Below are positions 18,312 to 26,654 of a stretch of DNA of 52,252 nt, piece after piece. The notes beneath the pieces are model-generated. The model was not told the origin of the DNA, searched no databases, and saw nothing but the letters and a program-made list of their open reading frames with translations. Position numbers and translations under genes: made by a program. The first letter of the stretch is position 1; the number at the start of each line of letters is the position of its first letter. The DNA is from Deltaproteobacteria bacterium (GTDB lineage Bacteria; Myxococcota_A; UBA9160; SMWR01): positions 1 through 52,252 of the forward strand of contig JAQBGU010000121.1 of the NCBI GenBank assembly GCA_032128375.1, written 5' to 3'.

Positions 18312-18539
18312 ATGACCGCAAAGAAGAAGAGCGCGAACGCGAAAAAGAAGGCGGCTAAGAAGTCGGGCGCGAAGAAGAAGACCGCCAAGAAGCCGACCGC
18401 GAAGAAGAAGATGGTAAAGACGCCGGCTCGAAAAAAGAAGACAGCGCGCACCGTCGTGGGCAAGGAAGTCCGTTCCTGGCTCGATGCGGACTCGTTGCGC
18501 GAGAGCGCGATGGAGTTCGCGGCGCGGTTGATTCGCTGA
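18312..18539 (+). CDS. Small Lys/Ala-rich histone H1-like protein (75 aa)
   Basis: AGGAGA upstream; MTAKKKSANAKKKAAKKSGAKKKTAKKPTAKKK... followed by a short ordered C-terminus. Confidence 0.7.
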   Translation: MTAKKKSANAKKKAAKKSGAKKKTAKKPTAKKKMVKTPARKKKTARTVVGKEVRSWLDADSLRESAMEFAARLIR

Positions 18540-18599
18540 AGGTCAGTTCTGGCGACGGGCATCGACAACGCAGCGGGCACGTACCGTTCAACATCGGGA

Positions 18600-18983
18600 C
18601 TAGAACATCGTCATCAGCGCTCCGCCCAATCCCCCCAGCAGGAGTATCAGGCTCGGTACGAAGGTCAACATGAACCCGGTCGAGCGCTTGGTCGGATCCT
18701 CTACGTAGGCGAACGCGTACATCGCGCGGCCGACCAGGAACACCAAGCCGATCAGCGCGCCGATGCCCCCACTCACATACGTCCCGAACAACCACAACGC
18801 GGGCAGAAAGACCACGAGCTGCTCGAGGGTGTTGTGCTGTACGCGGTAGTGGCGCTCGAAGATGTCGTTGCCGGTTGTGGCCGGCGCCTTGATCTCGTAC
18901 TTGCCCCGCGCCGCACCGACTCGTATGCCGAGCCACATGAACTCAACAAGGGCCAGAACCGTAACGATGACGATCCACTCCAT
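18600..18983 (-). CDS. MAPEG family membrane protein
   Basis: VGAARGKYEIKAPATTG..FERHYRVQHNTLEQL, GRAMYAFAY..DP.KR; AAGGAGA RBS. Confidence 0.92.
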   Translation of the reverse strand: MEWIVIVTVLALVEFMWLGIRVGAARGKYEIKAPATTGNDIFERHYRVQHNTLEQLVVFLPALWLFGTYVSGGIGALIGLVFLVGRAMYAFAYVEDPTKRSTGFMLTFVPSLILLLGGLGGALMTMF

Positions 18984-19129
18984 GGCGATATCTCCTTGCA
19001 CGCTCTGGACGGCGCGCTTCACGAACGTTTGGCCGCCACTCTATCGCAAGTGTAGATTGGAAAGAGCTGAGGCCCCCGCCCGTCTGCGTGTTGATCATGC
19101 ATCAAGTCGTCGCTCGTATGAGCTTGGGC

Positions 19130-20509
19130 CTACGAGTACACCGGAAGATCTTGCAAGCGACGGGCGGCGCCGAGCCCAGAGGCGAGTGCATCGGAGACGC
19201 TGATTCCGTCCAGGTAGGCTCCCGCGAGCTCAATACCGGGAAGCCCGCGCAGGCTGGCACGAAGCTCGCCGACCAGCCGGCTATGGTTGCGGCCCGGCTG
19301 AGGGATGGCGTGGCGCCAGCGGGTCACAGCCAGTGTTTCGGGTTCATCGTCGAGGCCGACGATCTGGTCGAGATCCGCGTGAAGCTTCTTCAGGATCACA
19401 TCGTCGGGTTGCTCGATCGCGTCGCGCCAGTGGGTTCCACCCAGCATGCACTGGAACAGCTCCCGCCCGGCCGGTGCGCGCCCCGCGAACAGCCGGCTCA
19501 TATAGAGACAGCCGAGCAGAGAGATCTCCTTTTGGTGCGGAACCAGAAAACCGAAGCCGTCGATCTTTGCGGTGACCGCGCTCGGGGTCACGCCAAGCGG
19601 CACGCTGACGATCGGCGCATATTCGATCTGCTCGAGGGCCGTCGCCAGTTCCGAATCCACGCCGCGCAAGATCTCCGCCGCCTGCCTTGCCGGACATGCG
19701 ATCACCACGCGGCGTGTGCGCAGGCGTTGCACGCCACCCGGCCCCGAGATGAACACCATCCACCCGTCACCGTCTCGACGCAGTCCCGTGACGCTACTTT
19801 CGAGAGCCGGCGGTTCGAGTAGCCGTCCCGCCAGCACTCGCGCAAAGGGCCCCATCCCATTGAGGGCCGAATAGCTTCCCCGCAAACCCTTGGGACCTCG
19901 CCCAAACGCGCTTGCAACCGCACCAGCAACCAGCCCCAACGCGAGCGAGCCACTGCGGCGCTCGTGTTCCACCAGCGCCGGAAACACCGCCTCGACGCCG
20001 AGTTCACGTTCATCGCCGGCGTATACCCCCGTGAGAAACGGTCCCACCAGACCGCTGGCCACCTCGTCTCCCAGGCGCCGGCCGATGAATTCCGATACCG
20101 ACTCACCGGTCGCGTCTCGCCGGCGAACAAACGGCTCGGCGAGCAGACGCAGCTTACCGCTTCGGGTCAACAGCGCTGAACGCGCCAATCCGCCAGGCGA
20201 ATCCGGGACCCGCACCAGTTCTCCGTCGCGATAGAAGTAGCGCCGACGACCGGCCGATTGTGCCGCCACCAGTTGACCATCCACACCCAGATTCTGCAGA
20301 AACTCGAGCATCGGCGCCTTGACCTGGGTCGTGTTCGGGCCGCGCTCGATGACAAAACCCGACACATGGTCAGTGCGCATCACGCCGCCGGGACGGTCGG
20401 ACGCGTCGACAACCAGGATCTCTCGGCTGCTCTGCTGTAACTCGAGCGCCGCAGCGAGGCCAGCGATTCCGGCTCCTGCCACGATCGCTCCCAGCTCGGG
20501 CGTGCTCAT
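19130..20509 (-). CDS. hemG: FAD-dependent protoporphyrinogen oxidase (HemY type)
   Basis: GAGIAGLAAA, RPGGVMRT, ERGPN, RRLG, PFLTGVYAGD, GFGFLVP, RWRHAIPQP; adjacent to hemN and hemE. Confidence 0.92.
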   Translation of the reverse strand: MSTPELGAIVAGAGIAGLAAALELQQSSREILVVDASDRPGGVMRTDHVSGFVIERGPNTTQVKAPMLEFLQNLGVDGQLVAAQSAGRRRYFYRDGELVRVPDSPGGLARSALLTRSGKLRLLAEPFVRRRDATGESVSEFIGRRLGDEVASGLVGPFLTGVYAGDERELGVEAVFPALVEHERRSGSLALGLVAGAVASAFGRGPKGLRGSYSALNGMGPFARVLAGRLLEPPALESSVTGLRRDGDGWMVFISGPGGVQRLRTRRVVIACPARQAAEILRGVDSELATALEQIEYAPIVSVPLGVTPSAVTAKIDGFGFLVPHQKEISLLGCLYMSRLFAGRAPAGRELFQCMLGGTHWRDAIEQPDDVILKKLHADLDQIVGLDDEPETLAVTRWRHAIPQPGRNHSRLVGELRASLRGLPGIELAGAYLDGISVSDALASGLGAARRLQDLPVYS

Positions 20510-20510
20510 C

Positions 20511-21977
20511 TCAGACGGTCTGGCTGAACATCGGAGTCGCCGACTTTCGCTGATCCGCCAGGTACGCATCGAAGACCATCGCCACGTTGCGAACCAGTAA
20601 GCGTCCCAGCGGCGTCACCTCCAGGCTCCCGTCGCCGGCACGTTCGACCAAGCCGTCGGCCACCAATGGGTCGAGTCGCGCAAGTTCCGCCGAAAAGCGC
20701 GACACGAAGCGACCATCGAACTGCGCCTCGAAGTCGCTGGCCCGCAATTCCCCGTGGCACATGATTCTCCCGATCACCCAGCGTCGCTCCAGGTCGTCGC
20801 CCGAGAGCCGGTGGCCCCGCATCGTGGCCATGCCGTCGTCGGCCACCGCCTTCTCCCAGCCCGCCAGATCGCGATGTGATTGGGCGTAGCTACTGCGCAG
20901 CTCGCTGATCGCGCTCGGCCCGAAGCCGATCAGATCCACGCCGGCTTGCGTCGTGTGACCCATAAAGTTTCGCCGTAGTGTTCTATCTGCAAGTGCTCGA
21001 GAAAGCTCGTCTTCTGGACGTGCGAAATGATCCAATCCGACAAATAGATAGCCGGAGTCCAACAACCGTTCGATCGCGCCGAGCAAGATCCGCATCTTCT
21101 CGTTCGCGCCCGGCAGGTGCTTGCGCTCGAATCCCCGCTGTTGCTTTGCAACCCAGGTGACGTGGGCGTACGAGTACAGCGCGAGTCGATCAGGCGCGAT
21201 CTCGAGCACCTTGTCCAGCGTTCGAGCGAAGCTCTCCTCGGTCTGGTGGGGCAAGCCATAAATCAGGTCGAAGTTCACGCCTTCGAAGCCGCTGCGGCGC
21301 GCCAATTCGCTGAGATGCTGGGTCTGGTCGGCTGGCTGGATACGATGAATGGCTTCTTGAACTTTTGGATCGAAGTCCTGGACACCCATCGATATTCGGT
21401 TGAACCCACATTCCTTGAGTGCGGCGATGTGCTCATCGGTCGTCACGCGGGGATCGACTTCGATGGATACCTCGGCGCCCTCTTCCATCGCGAACGCATC
21501 GGTCACTGCGCGGTACAGACGCACGACCTGGTCCGGCGTCAAATAGGTCGGCGTGCCGCCCCCCCAGTGTTGTTGGGTCGCAGTGCGCGGTCCGGCTGCC
21601 TCGAGGACTGCGGCGATCTCGCGCTCGATCACATCTAGGTAGCGCGCGGCGAGTTCCGTCTTGGTGGTGATGATCTTGTTGCAGGCGCAGAAGTGGCACA
21701 GGCTTCGGCAGAAGGGGACATGCACATACAGGGAGAGCCCACCGGGCCCGCAAGCCGAGTCGGATCCGCGAGCTACGTCGCCCTGCCCCGCCAGATCTTC
21801 CTTGAACTGCTCGATCCCGTAGGCCTCGTTCCACACTGGCGCGGTCGGGTAGCTGGTGTAGCGCGGTCCATCGATCGCGTAGCGGGGCAAGATCTCTTCG
21901 ATCCGCCCCAGGTCCAACTCGAAGGCGTCATGGCTCAAGGTGGCCTCCAGAAGTCGCGATTTTCGACGATTCGCCAA
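20511..21977 (-). CDS. hemN: Oxygen-independent coproporphyrinogen III oxidase (start may be 21938)
   Basis: GPRYTSYPTA, YVHVPFCRSLCHFCAC radical-SAM motif, HWGGGTPT, RRNFMGHTT. Confidence 0.95.
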   Translation of the reverse strand: MANRRKSRLLEATLSHDAFELDLGRIEEILPRYAIDGPRYTSYPTAPVWNEAYGIEQFKEDLAGQGDVARGSDSACGPGGLSLYVHVPFCRSLCHFCACNKIITTKTELAARYLDVIEREIAAVLEAAGPRTATQQHWGGGTPTYLTPDQVVRLYRAVTDAFAMEEGAEVSIEVDPRVTTDEHIAALKECGFNRISMGVQDFDPKVQEAIHRIQPADQTQHLSELARRSGFEGVNFDLIYGLPHQTEESFARTLDKVLEIAPDRLALYSYAHVTWVAKQQRGFERKHLPGANEKMRILLGAIERLLDSGYLFVGLDHFARPEDELSRALADRTLRRNFMGHTTQAGVDLIGFGPSAISELRSSYAQSHRDLAGWEKAVADDGMATMRGHRLSGDDLERRWVIGRIMCHGELRASDFEAQFDGRFVSRFSAELARLDPLVADGLVERAGDGSLEVTPLGRLLVRNVAMVFDAYLADQRKSATPMFSQTV

Positions 21978-21983
21978 ACACTA

Positions 21984-22084
21984 TTCCGACCCGGTTCCCG
22001 GCACCATTTCCGACACTACTTCCGGCACCACTTCCGGTACTACTCCCACTACGACTGGCACTCAAGTTGCTGGCACTCGAGTGC
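21984..22084. repeat. Degenerate 12-nt tandem repeat (about 6 copies) plus a 15-nt duplication in the hemE-hemN spacer
   Basis: ttccgacccggt tcccggcaccat ttccgacactac ttccggcaccac ttccggtactac ... ctggcactcaagttg ctggcactcgagtgc. Confidence 0.75.
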
Positions 22085-22089
22085 ACACA

Positions 22090-23172
22090 CTAGGTCCCGT
22101 CCGGCGGCGATCCCAACGCGCGCGCGGCGTCGGTGAAGGCGCGTACCCCTTCGACTGGAGTCTCGGGTGAGCAACCGTGCCCCAGGTTCAAGATATGGCC
22201 ACGCGCCGGTGCAGCCGACTCCGCAATTTGTCGAACACTGCGGAAGATCTGTTCGCGGCTTTGGTGTAGCGCTGCGGGGTCGAAATTTCCCTGCAGGCTC
22301 GCCCGACTACCCACGCGGCGCGCTGCAGCCGAGATCTCGACCCGCCAGTCGAGCGACAACACATCGGCGCCCGATTCCACCATCTCATCGAGCACATGCG
22401 CGCCGTTGTTCACGTACAAGATCAACGGTGCCCGGGCGCGATTGACCCGCGCAACGATCTCGGTGTGAACGGGCAGTACCCACTCCCGGTATTCGGCCGG
22501 TGCCAACAAGCCGGCCCAAGTATCAAACAGCTGAACCACCTGAGCGCCAGCGTCTATCTGAGCATTGAGATAGGCGACCACTCCATCGGTCAGCTTGGAC
22601 TGCAACGCGCGCAAGACTTCCGGCTCGCGGTACATCATCCGCTTCAGCGTCCCGAAGTCCTTCGACCCGTGGCCCTCGATCAAGTAGGCCGCAAGCGTGA
22701 AGGGCGCGCCGGCGAATCCAAGCAACGGCACGCGGGAGGTTTCGAGTTCGGCGCGCAGCGTCCGAATGATCTCGAACACGAAAGGAACCGACTCCTCGGG
22801 ATCCGGGTTGCGCAGCTTTTCGATCTGACGTCGCGTGCGAATCGGCTCCGCGATGACCGGCCCTGGAGCGAATTCGACATCGATACCCATTCCGGGGATC
22901 GGGGTAAAAATATCGGAGAACATGATGACGGCTTCCGTGCCCACCAGCTCGATCGGCTGCAACGAAACCTCCACCGACCGGTCGACGTCGCGACACATCT
23001 CCATAAAGCTCACGCCCTCTCGAACCTTGCGGTACGCAGGCAGGTAGCGGCCCGCCTGGCGCATCAGCCAGACCGGAGGGCGATCTACGGGCTCACCGCG
23101 GCAACTCCGGAGCAAGCGTTCCGTGGGATCCAATGGGCTGGTGGCGACTCGCCTGGCTTCTGAGGACGACAT
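22090..23172 (-). CDS. hemE: Uroporphyrinogen decarboxylase
   Basis: PPVWLMRQAGRYLP, FSDI, GFAGAPFTLAAY, QLFDTW, QGNFDP, NLGHG. Confidence 0.97.
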   Translation of the reverse strand: MSSSEARRVATSPLDPTERLLRSCRGEPVDRPPVWLMRQAGRYLPAYRKVREGVSFMEMCRDVDRSVEVSLQPIELVGTEAVIMFSDIFTPIPGMGIDVEFAPGPVIAEPIRTRRQIEKLRNPDPEESVPFVFEIIRTLRAELETSRVPLLGFAGAPFTLAAYLIEGHGSKDFGTLKRMMYREPEVLRALQSKLTDGVVAYLNAQIDAGAQVVQLFDTWAGLLAPAEYREWVLPVHTEIVARVNRARAPLILYVNNGAHVLDEMVESGADVLSLDWRVEISAAARRVGSRASLQGNFDPAALHQSREQIFRSVRQIAESAAPARGHILNLGHGCSPETPVEGVRAFTDAARALGSPPDGT

Positions 23173-23179
23173 CGATCCG

Positions 23180-24322
23180 CTAGTACCCACTGAGCCGCGC
23201 CCACCGATCGCGGTGGTGGGCCGAATCGCCGAAGGTCATCTCGGCCACTCGCGCTCGCTTCAGGTAGAACCCGATATCGTGTTCGTCGGTCATTCCGATT
23301 CCGCCGTGCATCTGAATCGCTTCGTTCGCCACCTCGATTGCCGTGTCGGAACAGCGCGCCTTCGACAGCGATACGAGCAACGCCGACTCCGGACCGTCTG
23401 CGTCAACGCTGCGTGCGGCCGCCATAACAGTAGACCGACACAGTTCGATCTCGATGAACATTTCCGCCGCGCGGTGCTTCAGCGCCTGAAAGGAACCGAT
23501 CGGCGCGCCGAACTGCTCCCGCGTCTTCAAATAGTCCATGGTCCGATCGAACGCCTCACTCATCGCGCCGAGCATCTCTGCACACAAGCCGACTGTCGCG
23601 CGATCGACTACCCGCTCGAGAAGAGCAGCGCCCTGCCCTGGCACACCAACCACCGCCTCTCGCCCGGCCCAAACGCGATCGAGTCCAATCAAAGCCGAAT
23701 TTCGCGAATCGACCCGATGTTGGCGCTGAATCGATAGCCCGGATGCGTCGCGGGGAATCAGAAATAGCGTGATCCCGTCGACGTCTCGATCGGAGCCGTG
23801 GGTGCGCGCGCTGACGACCAGTGCGTCTGCCGTGCCGCCATCAATGACCTGAATTTTCTCACCCGAAATGCGCCAGCCGTTGGCATCGGAGTCGGCGCGT
23901 GTTGCAACCCGAGTCAATTCAAAGCGGCTCATTCGCTCTTGATACGCCAGAGCCAACAGCCGTTCGCCTTCGATGGCCGGCCGCAGCCAGTCGACCTGCT
24001 GTTTTTCGGTGCCGCCCAGCGCGAGCGCCATGCCCCCGAGCAGCACTGTCGACAAGAAGGGCTCTGGAGCGAGCGTGCGGCCGAGCGGCTCGAGGACGAC
24101 CGCCATCTCGGCCAGGCCCATTTCTGCGCCACCGTGAATTTCGTCGAATGGGATCCCCACCCAACCGAGTTCGGCCATTTCCTTCCAGAGCACGCGAGAG
24201 AAACCGTCGCTCGATTCTTCGTCTCGAAGCTTACGCATATGCGAAATAGGTGCCTTGTCGGCGACAAAGTCAGCGGCGGTCTTGGCGAGCAGTTCCTGGT
24301 CTTCGTTCAGTACGAGTTGCAC
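23180..24322 (-). CDS. Acyl-CoA dehydrogenase family protein, smaller partner subunit (PimD-like)
   Basis: LWKEMAELGW, REQFGAPIGSFQALKHR, IQMHGGIGMTDE. Confidence 0.9.
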   Translation of the reverse strand: MQLVLNEDQELLAKTAADFVADKAPISHMRKLRDEESSDGFSRVLWKEMAELGWVGIPFDEIHGGAEMGLAEMAVVLEPLGRTLAPEPFLSTVLLGGMALALGGTEKQQVDWLRPAIEGERLLALAYQERMSRFELTRVATRADSDANGWRISGEKIQVIDGGTADALVVSARTHGSDRDVDGITLFLIPRDASGLSIQRQHRVDSRNSALIGLDRVWAGREAVVGVPGQGAALLERVVDRATVGLCAEMLGAMSEAFDRTMDYLKTREQFGAPIGSFQALKHRAAEMFIEIELCRSTVMAAARSVDADGPESALLVSLSKARCSDTAIEVANEAIQMHGGIGMTDEHDIGFYLKRARVAEMTFGDSAHHRDRWARLSGY

Positions 24323-24390
24323 GAATGGCTCCACGCTTGGAGTTTGGGGGCTTGCGATTTTGGCGCGCTGCTCTTTCTGGAAGCTTGAAG

Positions 24391-25593
24391 TTAGTCGGGC
24401 AGCGCCAACACGCGTTTGGCGATGATGTTCAACTGGATCTCCGACGTTCCGCCCTCGATCGAGTTACCGCGCGCCCGCAGCCAATCGCGCGTATGGGTGA
24501 GTTCGCGCGCGTCGAAACCCTCCCCTTCCCAGCCGAGCCCCTGCGGGCCCGCGATCCGCACCACCAATTCGGTGCGCCGCTTGTTGAGTTCGGTCCCGTA
24601 GACCTTGAACATCGACGTCTCGGGACCGAGCTGTTGACCCGCCTTAGCGGCGTCGCGGGATCGCTGAACGGTCAGTGCGAATGCGCGGCTGTCCATTTCG
24701 GATTGTGCGATCGCGTCACGCAGGATCGGGTCTGCGATCTGGTCGCCAGCCGTATCCAGGTACTCGCGACCCAGTGCGGCCAATGCGCTGCCCCGCGTCT
24801 TCGACTGGCTCGGGCTGGTACCAAAGACATCCGCGATCATGCTGCGCTCGTGGCCGAGTAGCGCCTTGGCGACCGTCCAGCCGTTGTTGATCTCGGATAT
24901 CACGTTCGCGACGGGAACCCGAACGTCCTCGAACCGCGTTTCGCAAAACGGCGACTTGCCGCTGATCAACTTGATCGGGGCCACGCTGATTCCGGGCGTG
25001 TCCATGTCGATCAGCAAGAACGTGATTCCCGCCTGGTGGTTGACTTCGGTGTCGGTCCGCACCAGGGCAAAAATCCAGTCGGACTCGTCGCCGTACGACG
25101 TCCATACTTTCTGGCCGTTGACGATGAAATCGTCGCCGTCGCGGATCGCCCGGGTCTGCAGCGACGCAAGGTCCGAGCCCGAATCCGGCTCTGAGTAGCC
25201 CTGGCACCAACGAATCTCGCCTCGGGTAATCTTCGTGATGTGCTCGCGCTTCTGATCGTCGGTGCCGTAGCGAAGCAGCGTTGGCCCGATCATTGTCAGA
25301 CCGAAGCCAGTCAGCGGAGCCGGCAGCCGCAGCCGGCCCATCTCCTGCGCCAAAATCTTGGCCTGCGCGCCGTCGAGCCCCCCGCCCCCGTATTCGGTGG
25401 GCCAGGTCGGCGCGGTAAAGCCCTTTTCCGCGCACATCTGCATCCACGGCTTCATATCGGGCGGTTCGAACCTCGCTCGGCGACCGCCCCAGTTGCCCTC
25501 CAACTCGCTCACCCGCAGGCCCGTGATCGATTTCGGCGCGCTCGCCGAAAGCCAGTCCGCTGTCTCGGCGCGAAACTGTTCCAGATCGGACAT
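24391..25593 (-). CDS. Acyl-CoA dehydrogenase, larger subunit (PimC-like)
   Basis: WCQGYSEPDSGSDLASL, NGQKVWTS, LGHER, SIEGGTSEIQ. Confidence 0.93.
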   Translation of the reverse strand: MSDLEQFRAETADWLSASAPKSITGLRVSELEGNWGGRRARFEPPDMKPWMQMCAEKGFTAPTWPTEYGGGGLDGAQAKILAQEMGRLRLPAPLTGFGLTMIGPTLLRYGTDDQKREHITKITRGEIRWCQGYSEPDSGSDLASLQTRAIRDGDDFIVNGQKVWTSYGDESDWIFALVRTDTEVNHQAGITFLLIDMDTPGISVAPIKLISGKSPFCETRFEDVRVPVANVISEINNGWTVAKALLGHERSMIADVFGTSPSQSKTRGSALAALGREYLDTAGDQIADPILRDAIAQSEMDSRAFALTVQRSRDAAKAGQQLGPETSMFKVYGTELNKRRTELVVRIAGPQGLGWEGEGFDARELTHTRDWLRARGNSIEGGTSEIQLNIIAKRVLALPD

Positions 25594-25712
25594 CTCGACT
25601 CCTGGTACGTCATCCGCTGATTCGAAAGGACGAAAGGAGCCGATTGTAGCTTAGCCTGTCGAAACCCCCCGCCTCGACCGAGGTCACAAAGCGAACTGCT
25701 AGTCTCGGCCGC

Positions 25713-26639
25713 ATGCGCATCCTATTGGGCAGCCCGCGCGGATTTTGCGCCGGCGTCGACCGCGCCATCGAGATCGTTCAGATCGCGCTCGAACGCTTCG
25801 GCTCGCCAATCTACGTTCGCCACGAAATCGTCCACAACCGCCACGTGGTCGACGACCTGCGCGCCAAGGGCGCGATCTTCATCGACGATCTCGATGAGGT
25901 TCCGCGCGGCAGCCGGCTGATCTACAGCGCGCACGGGGTTTCTCCGCAGATTCGCGAACAGGCAGCGATGCGCGGCCTCGACGTGATCGACGCGACTTGT
26001 CCGCTGGTCACGAAGGTTCATGTCGAAGCAGTGCGGCTGGCGAAGGAAGACTACGACATCGTGCTGATCGGGCACCGGGGACACGTCGAAGTCGAAGGCA
26101 CCATGGGACACGCGACCGATCGCATGCGGCTCGTCGAGACAGTCGACGATGTCCAGCATCTCGAGATCTCGAATCCAGAGCGGCTCGGCTGCGTCACGCA
26201 GACCACGCTATCGATGGACGACACCCGCGATGTGATGGACGCATTGCAGCAACGCTTCCCAAAGATTCAATTGCCGCGCAACGACGACATTTGCTACGCG
26301 ACACAGAATCGGCAGAACGCCGTCAAGCAACTCGCGCGCGAAGCGGACGTGATGATCGTCGTCGGTGACCCGGAGTCATCGAATAGTAATCGGTTGGTCG
26401 AGCTGGGCGTCAAGCTCGGCGTGCGATCGTTTCTCGTACAATCTTCAGACGACATCAAGCCGGAGTGGCTCGGGACCGCGTCTTGTGTGGGAGTCACAGC
26501 GGGTGCTTCGGCTCCGGAAGTTCTGGTGGAACAGGTCGTCGCGCGATTGGTCGAGCTGGCGCCAAGCGAGGCCCGCACTGACGCGCTGCCAACGGTCGAC
26601 GAAGGCATCTCCTTCAAACTCCCCGCAGTCCTGCGATAG
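25713..26639 (+). CDS. ispH: 4-hydroxy-3-methylbut-2-enyl diphosphate reductase
   Basis: PRGFCAGVDRAI, SAHG, DATCPLVTKVH, DICYATQNRQ, SSNS, TAGASAP. Confidence 0.97.
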   Translation: MRILLGSPRGFCAGVDRAIEIVQIALERFGSPIYVRHEIVHNRHVVDDLRAKGAIFIDDLDEVPRGSRLIYSAHGVSPQIREQAAMRGLDVIDATCPLVTKVHVEAVRLAKEDYDIVLIGHRGHVEVEGTMGHATDRMRLVETVDDVQHLEISNPERLGCVTQTTLSMDDTRDVMDALQQRFPKIQLPRNDDICYATQNRQNAVKQLAREADVMIVVGDPESSNSNRLVELGVKLGVRSFLVQSSDDIKPEWLGTASCVGVTAGASAPEVLVEQVVARLVELAPSEARTDALPTVDEGISFKLPAVLR

Positions 26640-26654
26640 CCCGCCGGCCCGCCC

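Noticed and set aside
21984..22084. CRISPR array or iterons at this and the other tandem repeats
   Set aside because: Units are 6-15 nt, contiguous and degenerate, with no unique spacers and no cas or rep genes
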